From: Carcharhinus amblyrhynchos
Lineage: Eukaryota
Length of the DNA: 64,000 nucleotides
Assembly (NCBI GenBank): GCA_965287045.1
Contig: OZ336877.1
Span: 11,222,001 to 11,286,000, forward strand
Direction of reading: 5' to 3'
Positions within the stretch are counted from its first letter, which is position 1, and the number at the start of each line of letters is the position of its first letter. Both the position numbers and the translations under genes were made by a program. This document shows, piece by piece, positions 38,101-50,010 of this stretch. A model generated the notes under the pieces. The model saw nothing but the letters and a program-made list of their open reading frames with translations, was not told the origin of the DNA and did not search any database.

Positions 38101-39519
38101 TCATAAAGAGTTACGAACTAATAGTCACGTGAATATATGTTCAAATGCTACATTGTACTGCTGCGATGCAGTCATGCGTACTCGCCTATCAGTTCACCAG
38201 CCACAATGAGAGCTTAAAGAAAAACATTCAATGAAGTTTCAGCATTTTGAGCCTGAAGTGTGATTATTTCTGTCTTATAAGAAAGAGCATTTTTTGCACT
38301 GCCATGCCTCAGTGCTGTCCTTGCCATTCCTTTGAAAAAAAAGATGCTGCCAGTTCCCCTTTAAGGGCTGCATTTTCTGAACATTCCAGCCAGCTCCTGC
38401 TGATCCTGGCGCATCATGACTCATCCACTGAAAATGTAATTAAATGAGCTAACCTCGCATTAAGAAGCAGCAGTTTGTGCCAGTACTGTCTTGTTGGCCT
38501 TGGTACTTTGCACAAGTGCCCATTGCCTGTGGCATCATTTCTGCCACTATTGATTTCTCGGGTGACAATTTTCTATCTGTCTATCTTACCTCTGGCATGG
38601 CTAGGCTCTTTGCAGTTAGAGATAATATGATCCAAAAAGAACTGCCCACAACTGCACAATGAAAAGTAAATATTCCAGTCGGAATATATTTGACTAACTT
38701 TTCCATATATGTGTAAAACTGGTGATTTCTTCATGTTCCCTATTGCATAGTCCCTCTAGTGTTGCAAAATTGCCCAACCTTTGGTTGTGAAGTTCTGTTC
38801 AGTGAGGCTACCTGAAGATGCATTTGTCTAGTTGTCATTAGTTAGGGCTTGATCAGATGCTGCTAGTTTGCAAACAACCAGATTTGTGCCTGGTCCTTTT
38901 GTTCAAACGTCCAAGAACATATTAGTTCTGCCTGAATTCATCAGACGTTAAAGACCAGAAATACGTTAATCCCAGAAATTTGACACTCATCAGCAACGTG
39001 AGATGGATTGAGGGAGCTAACGTGCATTGGGTTGAGTGGCAGTGCCTGTTATCTCTCCGTGAACAGAGTCTGCCACATCCAGAACTCTGGGAATGTCAGC
39101 ATCAACATCCAAATGTTTCTATCTGACAAGTTGTCTCTCGGGAATCTTGCAGAAAGTGTACGACCTGCCAGCCTTCAGAGCAGCCCATCTGTCAGCAGTT
39201 TAATGAAGGTAGGCACTTTACCATGATACAGTCCCAGTGGCTGGGATGACCCATCAGTCGGATTTTATAGCTCTCATCAATCTCACTCACGTCAAGGACT
39301 GTGGTAGACTCCAATTGGATGTAATCAGTGACTCAGGCCCAAATCAGTTTAGTAAAAGCCTCTCTGATATTATACTCTGGAACCAACCACACCAGGAATG
39401 TGTTTTGTGCCCTTTTCAGGCTTTGGTTTTTATTTCAAACTTCCAATATCACAGTATTTTTATTTTATTATTGAGGAGTTAGGGAGGCTTTTGCGCTTTT
39501 TTTATTCTGCATGATTTTT

Positions 39520-41760
39520 TAATTCATTTGTGGGACGTGGCCATCGCTGGCTGGCCAGCATTTATTGCTCATCCCTCGTTGTCCTTGAGAAAGCGGGGGG
39601 TGCTGAGCTGCCTTCTTGAATTGCTGCAGTCCAAGTGTTGGGGTTGACCCACAATGCCGTTAAGGAGTCCTGCCCAACAACTGTGAAGGAGCAGCGATAT
39701 ATTTCCAAGTCAGGATGGTGAGTGGCCTGGAGGGGAATTTGCAGGTGGTGGTGTTCCCATGTGTCTGCTGCCCTTGTCCTTTCAGATGGAAGTGGTCGTG
39801 GGTTTGGAAGATGCTGTCTAAGGATCTTTGGTGAATTGCTGCAGTGCATCTTGTAGATAGCACACACTGCTGCTCCAGTGGTGGACTGAGTGGATGTGGT
39901 GACTTTGTCCTGGATGGTGTCAAGCTTCTTGAGTGTTGTTGGAGTTGCACCCATCCAGACAAATGGGGAGTGTTCCATCACACTCTTGATTTGTGCCTTG
40001 TCAATGTGGATAGGCTTTGGGGAGTCACTTCCTTGTTTCCCCTAGCCTCTGAACTGCTCTTGTAGCCACTCTGCTTATGTGATGAGTCCAGGTGAGTTTC
40101 TGGTCAATGGTGACCCCCAAAGATGTTGACAGTGGGGGATTCAGTAATGGTAACCCCATTGAATGTCAAGAGGCAGTGGTTAAAGTGTCTCTCATTGGCG
40201 GTGGTCATTGTCTGGCATTTGTGTGGCATGGATGTTACTTCCCACTTGTCAGCCCAAGCCTGGACATTGTCAAGATCCTGCTGCATTTGAACATACCAGT
40301 ATCTGAGGAGTCGCGAATGGTGCTGACCATTGTGCAATCATCAGGGAATATCCCCATTTCTGACCTTATGACAGAGGGAAGATCATTGATGAAGCAGCTG
40401 AAGACAGTTGGGCCTAGGACACTATCCTGAGGGATTCTTGCAGAAATGTCCTGGAGCTGAGATGACTGACCCTCCACAACCACAACCATCTTCCTATGTT
40501 CCAGGTATGACTCGAACCTGTGGAGAGTTTGCCCCCTGATACCCATTGATTCCAGTTTTGCTAGGGTTCCTTGATGCCACACTTGGTCAAGGGCTGTCAC
40601 TCTCATCTCATCTCTGGAATGCAGTTCTTTTGTCCATGTTTGAACCAAGGCTGTAATGAGGTCAGGAGCTGAGTGACCCTGGCAAAACCCAAACAGGGCA
40701 TCACTGAGCTGATGCTGTTTGGTAGCATTGTTGATGACCTCTTCCATCACTTTACTGATGATCGAGAGTAGACTGACGGAGTGGTAATTGGCCAGGTTGG
40801 ATTTGTCCTGCTTTTTATGTACAGGACATTCTTGGGCAATTTTTCACATTGTCAGACAGATACCGGTGCTGTAACTGTACTGGAAGAGTTTGACTAGGGG
40901 AGCAGCAAGTTCTGGAGCTCAAGTCTTCAGTATGATTGCCGAATGTTATCAGGGATCATTGCTTTTGCAGTATCCAGTTATCCTTCCAACTGTTTCTTGA
41001 TAACACGTAGGGTGAATCAAATTGGTTGGAGACTGGCATCTGAGATGGAGGAGGCCATTGGAGGAGGCCAAGATGGATCATCCACTCAGCACTTCTGGCT
41101 GAAGATTGCTGCGAATGTTTCAGCCTTATCTTTTGGACTGATGTGCTGGGCTCCTCCGTCATTGAGGGTTGGGTTATTTGTGGAGCCTCCTTCTCCAGAA
41201 AATTGTTTAATCGTCCACCACCATTCATGACTGGATGTGGCAGGGCTGTAGAGCTTGGATCTGACCCAATTGTTGTGGGATCTCTAAGCTCTGTCTATCA
41301 CTTGCTGTTTTTGCCATTTGGTGTGCAAGTAGCTTCACCAGGTTGGCACCTTATTTTTAGGTATGCCTAGTGCTGCTCCTGGCATGCCCTCCTGCACTCT
41401 CCATTCAACCAGGATTGATCCCTGGTTTGATGGTAATGGTTGAGTGGGGGATAAGCCAGGCCAAGAGACTGCAGACAGTGCTGGAGTACAGTTCCATTGC
41501 TGTTGATGGCCCACAGCACCTCATGGATCCCCAGTCTTGAGTTGCTAGATCAATTTGAAGACTGTCTCATTTAGCATGGTGATAGTTGCTACACAACACG
41601 ATGGAGGTTATTCTCAACGTGAAGGTGAGATTTCACCTCCACAAGCACTGTGCGGTGGTCACTCTTATTGATACTATAATGGACAGATACAGCTGCAGCC
41701 AGCAGGTTGGTCAGGATGAGGTCAACTATATTTTTTCCTCTTGTTGATTCCTTCACCTTA
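39520..41760 (-). mobile_element. Longest CR1-group (L2/Crack-like) LINE remnant: endonuclease end, RT and 3' tail
   Basis: TRGKNIVDLILTN...SDHRTV (APE endonuclease), FGFCQGHS, VWHQG, PQDSVLGPTVFSCFINDL, FPDD and MMEHSPFVW. Confidence 0.92.
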
Positions 41761-42079
41761 TGAAATATCAATTGTTTATCATTGGGAGTTCTTACTCTTT
41801 GAGGCAAAGGCCCACACTTTCTAGACCCAGTGCCCCAGTGGATGCTATGGGACCCCTCAGAAGTGCCAACACAAGGAGTCTGCAGCAATTGCCCGGAAGT
41901 TTCAATTCTAAATGGACAATTACCCAGTCTTTGGAACCCACTGAAAATGTCTTGAACTCTGAGTTGGAGTTGGAGACTTTGGACGGTTCCCACTCTCCAG
42001 AATGTTTACCTTGTAAATGCAAGATCAGAAAAAGCCCGACCTTCTGCCTGGGTAACTATACAACCGACACCCGCTCTCC

Positions 42080-42460
42080 TTAACTCCCCACTGATCTGCT
42101 CCCGACAACTCCTGAAACGTTTCTCTGACCCCCCACCCCCACCCCCCACATTGAACACCTTACCCACCTCCTTCCCCTTCTGACATTTGAGTCCTCCTGA
42201 CCCTCTGACACCCTGTCCAGCCCTCTGATACCCTCCTGTTCTCCAACGCCCCCTGACAATCTGATTCCCTGCTGACCCTCTGACAACCCTCTCAGACTCC
42301 AACTCCCCCTGACCCTCCTACATCCCTCGACCTTCTGAGTAACCCCTGACTTTCTGATATCCCTTGACTCTCTGACTCTCCACTGCCCTCTGGCTCTGCT
42401 CCCCCGGTCCTCTGACCACCTCCCCCCACCACCCCTTCCCATCCGACCTTCCCACTCTGC
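42080..42460. repeat. C-rich degenerate minisatellite (CCCTCTGAC-like units)
   Basis: Repeated CTCTGAC/CCCTGAC motifs. Confidence 0.7.
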
Positions 42461-42706
42461 CACCGAACACAAACTGAAAATGCTGGAATTACTCAGCAAG
42501 TCAGGCAGCAGCTGTGAGGAGAGAAACAAGGTTAATGTTTGCGGCTGGTGATCTTTCACCAAAACTGAAGAAAGTTCGAGGTGTAATAACAAAGTTGAAG
42601 CAAGTGCAGAGGTATGGGAAGAGTGAGGGAAGAGAAGAAGAAAAAGAACAATGAGATTGGGATGACGATGGGAGAGTGGAAGTGACAGGGGGATTATAGT
42701 GCAGTG

Positions 42707-43464
42707 GAAGGTTTCCCAAACTGGGTTCCAAGGAACCCTCAGGTCCACAAGAAAGACATGGGCCAAATACGGGCAATTGGGACTAGCTTAGTGGTTAAAA
42801 GAAAGGGCAGCATGGACAAGTTGGGCCAAAAGGCCTGTTTCAATGCTGTAAACCTCAATGACTCTATGATTCTTTGACACATTCAGGAATCCGTGGTCAG
42901 TTTAACTGTTTAAATTTTTTAAAGAAGCTCTCCTTCCATCTTGACCAATCAAAGGTGCTTTGTTCACTTTGTGGATTACAGATAGGTATACTAGTGTCTG
43001 TGAGAGAGATTGTGTGTGTGTGTGCGTGAGAGGGGTGAGTGTGTGTGTGTCAGACAGAGGTGAGCGTGTGCATGAGAGAGGGGAGAGTGTTTGTATGTGG
43101 GAGAGTGGAGAGAGTGTGTGTATAAGGGGTGAGCGTGTGTATGTGTGAGAGAGGGAAGAGAGAGAGTGCGTGTGTGGGCTATGAGAGAGAGACGGGAGAG
43201 TGTGTGTTGTTTGAGGGGTGAGTGTGTGTGTGTGTGTGAGAGGAGAGAATGTGTCTGTGAGAGAGAGGGGAGAGTGTCTGTGTCTGAGAGGGGAGAATGT
43301 GTGTGTGTGTGAGAGAGAGAGAGACAGAGGTGAGAGATTGTGTGTGTGTGTGAGAGAGAGAGAGACAGGTGAGAGATTATGTGTGTGAGAGAGGAGTGAG
43401 TGTGTGTGTGAGGGTGAGTGTGTGTGTGAGTGTGAGAGAGAGGGGAGAGTGTTTGTGTGAGGGG

Positions 43465-43535
<71 letters not shown>

Positions 43536-43981
43536 TGAATTTGTGTGTGAGCGAGGGATGAGTATGTCTGTGAGAAAGGGTGAGTGTGTGTGTGTGTGAG
43601 AGAGAGGAGTGAATGTGTGTGTATGAGAGAGGGGAGTGTGTGTGTGTGAGAGCGGTGTGTATGTGTGTCTGAAATGAGAATCAGTTCTAAATGTTTCTGT
43701 GAGCAATGGATTAGAATCACTCCTCTCATCAAGAATGACAAAAAGGTGGGACTTGGAAATGTTCCCTGAGTAAGAGAATTTCTTAATTTTAATAAATGTA
43801 TACATAAAAGAAACAGAAAAAACCTTCATAAATGTATCTTTGTCTGTTTGTACCTATTGCACAAAGTAATCATTTTGTGTAATTTAACTCTTCAACATAA
43901 TAAGAAAGTTTCTTAGCAGTTCTGTCAATATTCTTGGGAGATCAAAATACTTCTGTGGCTGAAAATGTTTGGGAACCCCTG
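42707..43981. mobile_element. hAT (Charlie-like) MITE containing a CR1 tail and a microsatellite
   Basis: TIRs GAAGGTTTCCCAAAC / GTTTGGGAACCCCTG (12/15 match) and 8-bp TSD GTGCAGTG / GTGTAATG (6/8 match). Confidence 0.7.
42995..43670. repeat. Compound (GT)n/(GA)n microsatellite, pure (GT)n at about 43469-43528
   Basis: Directly visible in the sequence. Confidence 0.97.
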
Positions 43982-45489
43982 GTGTAATGCAATGGGATAA
44001 GTAAAGAGCTGTAGATAGTCATGGAAGAAGGAGATCAGATTTGGGTTTTGGATGAATCAAGCTCCTAAACAAAAGGAGAGAAATTTTAATTAGGGACCTT
44101 GGTTTCACAGTTTTACAATTTGTAATGTTCAATTGTTCTGTGTTTGACTAAGCATGTCTGGTAATTGATCTATACTTATGCTGTTTGATTGGTTAAGCCT
44201 GAGCGTGGACTCAGAGATAACTTTAGAAGTTACTAGAAAGACCTGGAAGTGAGTGTGACCATTTTGAATGCAGATATTTTAAAGTGTTATAAATAAAATT
44301 CCTGCGCACAAAGAATCTGCTGTCACTTCAGAGCATATCAGAGATATAAAATATACAACAAAGTGGCAGTGCAGATGATGAGGGAATGTTTAAATCTACT
44401 GATTCCGACACCTCTCCATTCTTCATCAGGGGTTCCACCCAAGCCGTGGGATCAATGCGTTTTGAAGTTTAAGAACTACTCGCTCACTACAGGGATGTAG
44501 CAACATTCACAAGCAGCTGGTGCACGTACATTGGCCTAAACCAGAAGGCCAGCGAATATTCAAGCTGTTCGTAGAAGACACATCCATGTTTGAGAAGGAG
44601 GTGAGTACTCTCTAAAATTACTTCTGGCTAAAGGACACTGTGATGACCAAATGAAATACATTCTACTGGAAATGGTGAATCCTTTAGCAGCACATGGCAG
44701 TGATATAGCAATTAGCTTCTCTGTAAGTCTAGTACACTAACCAATGAACTAATCTGTGATCAATGAATTAAAAAGACTTCAATTCTATGAATTAGGAAAC
44801 ACCTGTTCATGGAGGGTAATGATTTAACCTTAAACAAACCTTGAGAGTTCAAACTGAATCTGCTGTGCTTGATTTGAAGAGGTTACACAGAAATACACCT
44901 TCAGACTCAAGGGATAGAATTTTCCCATCCCACTTGTGGCGAGTTTTGTGACAGACAGGAGCAGAAAATCTAGAGGCAAGCAAAAAGTCAGGAACCCACC
45001 GACGTAAAAGCAGTTCACAATGGTGGCAATGGCGGCTCGGCCTTGCCACGGTTCGGTGGAGTGAATGCGATTTGTGTCTCATTAAAACAGCTGCTTGCCG
45101 GATCTCCTCACACCCTCCAATCTTGCGTCATGCCAGTGGGAAATTACGTCAGCCTCAATCCCACTTGAAAACGAGTGGTGTACACAAGGTGGAACTCGGG
45201 TGGTGCGAGACTTTGAATTGAGTGCAACATTCACAATCTACTTATCATAGCGCTGCACTGCTTTCAGTACATTGCTAGTACAGCTACACTGCTGGGCTGT
45301 ATGGTTGGTGCCCTCCTGTACTTCACAGGTGATGGGCTTGGGGGGAGGGAGAATTAGAATATCCACTATAACAATGATGTGACCCAGTATTATTGGAGAA
45401 GGCTGGACAATAACAGGAGGTCACTCTACCTTTGCATCATGAAGTGAATTGGAGGCACATGGGTAGTGAGGGAACATCGAATCTGGACC

Positions 45490-45700
45490 TGAGGTAAAGG
45501 TGTAGCAGCACCATCCTGAGGTCCCAGATCTTGTGGTGGAGGCGAACTTGCTGGGGTCTTTTAAGAGACTTCTGGATGAGTACATGGGATTTAATGGGAT
45601 TGAGGGTTATAGATAGGTCTGGTAGGTAGGGATGTGATCAGCGCAACTTGTGGGCTGAAGGGCCTGTTTGTGCTGTAGTGCTCTATGTTCTATGTTCTAT
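45490..45700 (+). mobile_element. CR1 3' end
   Basis: GGGCTGAAGGGCCTGTTTGTGCTGTA followed by a TTCTATG tandem tail. Confidence 0.8.
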
Positions 45701-46409
45701 CTAAGGTGTTCGGCACAAATTCGAGTAACCAGTTTTATCTGGAAAGGAGATGAGGCAATTTGGGAGAACTGTTCTGCTGGGCTACGGGGCCCCTGTTTGG
45801 GATGCACTGTCACTTGTTGGTGCCACTACAGTGGACAGGATCCAAGTCAGTTAAAAAGGAGGGAGACCCAATAAGTCTGAAAGCCAATCATTTCCTTCAG
45901 CAATGTTAAAGACATAGACAGAAAACTCATGTTTCATATAAAATTTCAACTTTGACAGAATATAAGGTCGGAATGCAGCTTTGGAGAATGAAGACAATAG
46001 TGAAGGGAGCACACCTACATTAGATCTGGTATTCTATCAGTGTAGCACAGTAAATGGGCTTCCACTGAGTGCCATTCAACAACCGCCAAATGGCTTCCAC
46101 TCTTGATCATGACCAACTGAACGGTCATTGGAAAGCCACTTTGAAGAAAGTATCTATTTTGAGTGATAATCTTTACCATTGGAGTTTGTGACAACTTTCT
46201 CTCACTCCCGTGACAGACGCTCTTTGAGCTTACGATGATTGAACTTCTCTGGTTTTGGGAATAATTACAGTTCCAGATCACTACGAAAACATCACTGTGG
46301 ACAGTTACATATTCCATGTGGCTAAAGGCAGAAATCTTATGAGGGTAAAGCCTTTTTGAGAGGCTAGGCTTAAAACCTGAAGGCCTTGTTGTTGGTAAAA
46401 TAACACCTC

Positions 46410-47061
46410 TGAGACTGTTAGTGAGTCAAAGTACAGTAGCTTTTATTTCAAAACTCTGGCGTTTATTCCAGAGTTTTGGGAGAACTGGTTCCTCACAATG
46501 GACTACCAGACTTCTCATGGAACACAAACACAAGTGGACATTTATACATTATGAGCTCCAGCAGTAATCATGATTCAATGTTTCAATTCCTGCCAGACCT
46601 CCCGGTCTTCCTTCCTTGGTCGTGATTCAGCCCCAGATTTAATCAGGAATCACAGTCCTGCAGTCATGACACAGTCTTCAATCTGGTCACGATTCAAAAC
46701 CCTTCTGCAGCAGGACCAAAATCCCTGTCTTTGAAGTTACTTGTGCGATCGTGGCTGTCCCAGCAAGACTCTTCCTGTTAAAAGCCGGTATCGCGATCTG
46801 CCATCAGCAGCTGTCAAAAGCCGGTATTGTAAACTACCATCTGTGTTATGATGTCCAACCAACACAAATAGGTAAGATTTGCAAAGTCTACAAAATAACA
46901 GCCACATTAAACTAACTGTCTTTATAAAAATGAGAGTTAAAGCATGTAAGACATGAACAAATAACTTATATTAATGTCAGGAGCAGTATAAGCTAAAGGA
47001 TGAAGGGTTATGTTTGTGACACGTTCTAGGTACAAAATCCATTAACCCTTTCCCTACTTCA
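46410..47061 (-). mobile_element. Solo LTR
   Basis: Termini TGAG...TTCA, near-TSD ACCTC/ACCTA and AATAAA on the minus strand. Homologous to 29932-30573. Confidence 0.82.
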
Positions 47062-47697
47062 ACCTAATCAAAATACATATTAACAGGATCATTAAGCAGT
47101 GTACACATGTTGGTATTTTTTGTTATTTACTAGATTGGGGAGATATGTGGGTACCATCAAACTCCTAACAGTGAAACGTTAATTTTATCACATGGTTTAC
47201 ATTTACAGTCTGTGCCAAAGTGTCACAGGAGCTGAAATGACTAGAAACAGATGGTATTATTGAGTGAATTGACTCATTACAAAATGAGTTATTGCACATG
47301 CAAAAATGGTAAACTTAAACTATGTGTCAACCTTAAGGTGGTCAACAGAACTATCACTGCAGACAAGAATTAACATAATTTGCTACATTAACACAATCAT
47401 TTTGTTTAGGATTTTCAGGTATTAAACCCTTATAATTAAAAATGCTAAGGTCCAAGGTATTAATTTCTAACACTTAGGGTCCTCAATTGTGCTTAACATA
47501 CACGGTACGAATAATTAGTATTTGTCAATTAAGTAGAAATGATTAAGCAAAATTATACGTATGCTTAACAAGAAGCAATGAAGACAACATAGAGGTTCCT
47601 CATCTCTCAAGATCCTAGGAGTCCATCGATAACATTATAACAGTCACAAACAAACCCTCATCAATAACACTTCATACAGTAGTAATACAATACTATA

Positions 47698-48040
47698 GGG
47701 CGACACGGTAGCGCAGAGGTTAGCACTGCTGCTTCACAGCTCCAGGGACCTGGGTTCGATTCCCGGCTCGGGTCACTATCTGTGTGGAGTTTGCACATTC
47801 TCCTCGTAGCTGCGTGGGTTTCCTCTGGGTACTCCAGTTTCCTCCCACAGTCCAAAGATGTGCGGGTTAGGTTGATTGGTTATGCTAAGAAATTGCCCCT
47901 TAGTGACCTGGGATGCATAGGTTAGAGGGATTAGTGGGTATGATATGTAGGGATATGGAGGTAGGACCTGGGTGGGATTGTGTTCGGTGCAGACTCGCTG
48001 GGCCAAAGGGCCTCTTTCTGCACTGTAGGGTTCTATGATT
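47698..48040 (+). mobile_element. HE1-like SINE, young
   Basis: Intact A and B boxes (TAGCGCAGAGG; GGTTCGATTCC) with CpGs retained. Confidence 0.93.
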
Positions 48041-48234
48041 CAATAATATTAGAAAATAAAGAGCTCAAGACTATTCTCGGGACCTTCCAGCCAGGAGACT
48101 GCAGCAGTGGATACATCTTCTGATTCCTACCTTCCTGATACCAGGGCATCTCGGGCAGCAGGATGAACAGGGTGGCATGGATATGTCCGTGACACCTGGA
48201 CCACAGCCAGGGCCCTCAAAGTTTAGGCCTCCAT

Positions 48235-48770
48235 AAAAACAAAAAATGCTGGAAAATCTCAACAGGTCTGATAGCATTTGCAGGGAGAGCATAGAGCCAA
48301 CTTTTTGAGTCTGGGTGACCCTTTGTCAGAGTTAAGGGCAGAGAGAATCAGAAAAGATTTATACTATGAGGGGTGGGGGGGTGGGCGTTTGTACTTGACA
48401 AAGGGAATGTAAATGAGGATGAACAAGAATGAGAGAGGCGCTAAAAGTGTCCATTAAGTGATCAGAATATGTGAACGGTAGAACAGAGGTACAGATGGTT
48501 AAGGCAGTTGACCTGAGAAGCGGGAAGAGGGGCAAAAAGGATAGTGGGAATGGAGAAGTGGAAAAATGGAAGAGAGAAAGAAGGATGATAAAAACGGATG
48601 AATGAGATAAAAAGAAGAAATAGAATGAAATAAAATAAGTGGAAATGGGGTGAAGGTGGAGGGGAGAATAGCACTTCCCCCCACCACCCGCACCCTCATA
48701 GTATAAATCTTTTTTGATTTTCTGTTTTGTATCAGATTCTAGCATCTGCAGTATTTTGGTTTTATCTTAA
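48235..48770. mobile_element. Penelope-like element with inverted ends
   Basis: AAAATGCTGGAAAATCTC...GACCCTTTGTCAG start. AATCAGAAAAGATTTATACTATGAGGG (about 48346-48372) is inverted at about 48694-48720. Confidence 0.7.
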
Positions 48771-48774
48771 TTCT

Positions 48775-50010
48775 GCATGTAGTTGGGTAGATGCCAGTGC
48801 TGTAATGGGAAAACTTGCCTAGAACTCAGCTAGTTCTGGAGTTTTCAGTGCCACAGTTGCATCTTGTCAGAACCTTTGCTTTCTTTAGTCACCTCTTGGT
48901 ATCATGTGGAGTGAATCAAATTGGCTGAAAATTGACATGTTTGAGGCCAAAATAAATCCACCCCGTGGCACTTCTGGCTGAAGGTCCTTCAGCCTTGTCT
49001 TTTGCACAGGTGGCCATTGCAGGGGGTATTTAAGAGTCAACTACATTGCCGTGGGCTGGATTTTATTCCCTAAAGAGACTAGTGAAGGATTTTTGCAACA
49101 ATAGTTATATTATCACCAAGACTAGCTTTTAATTCCAGATTTATCAATTGAATTTGAATTCCACCAGCGGCCACGGTTGGATTTGAACCTTTGTCCCCTG
49201 GTCATTAACCTGGGCATCTGGATTACTAGTCCAGTGACATTACCACAATGCCAACAACATCTTGCTGCTTGTTAATTATCCACCACCATTCACGATTAGA
49301 GATGGCAGGACTCCAGCGCTTTGATCTGATCTGTTGGTTAGAGAATTGCTTAGCTCTGTCCATAGCATGTTGCTTCTGCTGTTTAGCCTTGTGTCGACAT
49401 TTCATTTTTAGGTAAGCCTGGTGTTGCTCCTGTTATGCTCACCTACATTCCTTATTGAGCCAGGACTGACTCCCGACTTGATGGTAATGATAGAGAGAGG
49501 GATATATCGGGCAGAGGTTACAGATTGTGCTTTGATATAAATCTACTGCTGCTGGTGGCCCACTGTGCCCTCACTGATGCCCAGCTTTGAGCTTCTAGAT
49601 CTATTCTGAATCTATTCCATTCAGCAAGGTGTTAGTACCACATATGACGGAAGGTTTTGTCAGTATGAAGATGGTTCTAGGCTGGTATTTATTTTCCATC
49701 CCGAGTGAATATGTTCTTCAGAACGTGGTCTGGTTGGTCAGTAGTGATGCTACTGAGACACTCTTGCATATTGGAGTCCCTCCACCACGAAAAATTCCGT
49801 GTCTTTCCCATACTGTGATTCTGATTCGTCTGATGAAGAACACTCTGGTAGGTGGTAATCAGCAGCAATTTTCCTTGCCCATGTTTGACTTGATGCCATA
49901 AAACTCCATAGGATCCAGAACCAACATTGAAGGCTCCCAGGGCAACTCATATCAATGTGCAATCACTTGTCTTGCTGGTTGGGGCAGGATAGACTTCAGA
50001 ATAGTGATGG
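48775..50010 (-). mobile_element. Degraded L2/Crack-like LINE with a nested SINE (about 49010-49255)
   Basis: Colinear with 40830-41620. Confidence 0.75.

Noticed and set aside
42902-43829. 279-aa and 150-aa His/Thr/Ser-rich ORFs
   Set aside because: Translation artefact of the (CA)/(CT) microsatellite.
47698-47775. tRNA-like A/B boxes
   Set aside because: SINE head, not a tRNA gene; the same applies to all HE1-like copies.
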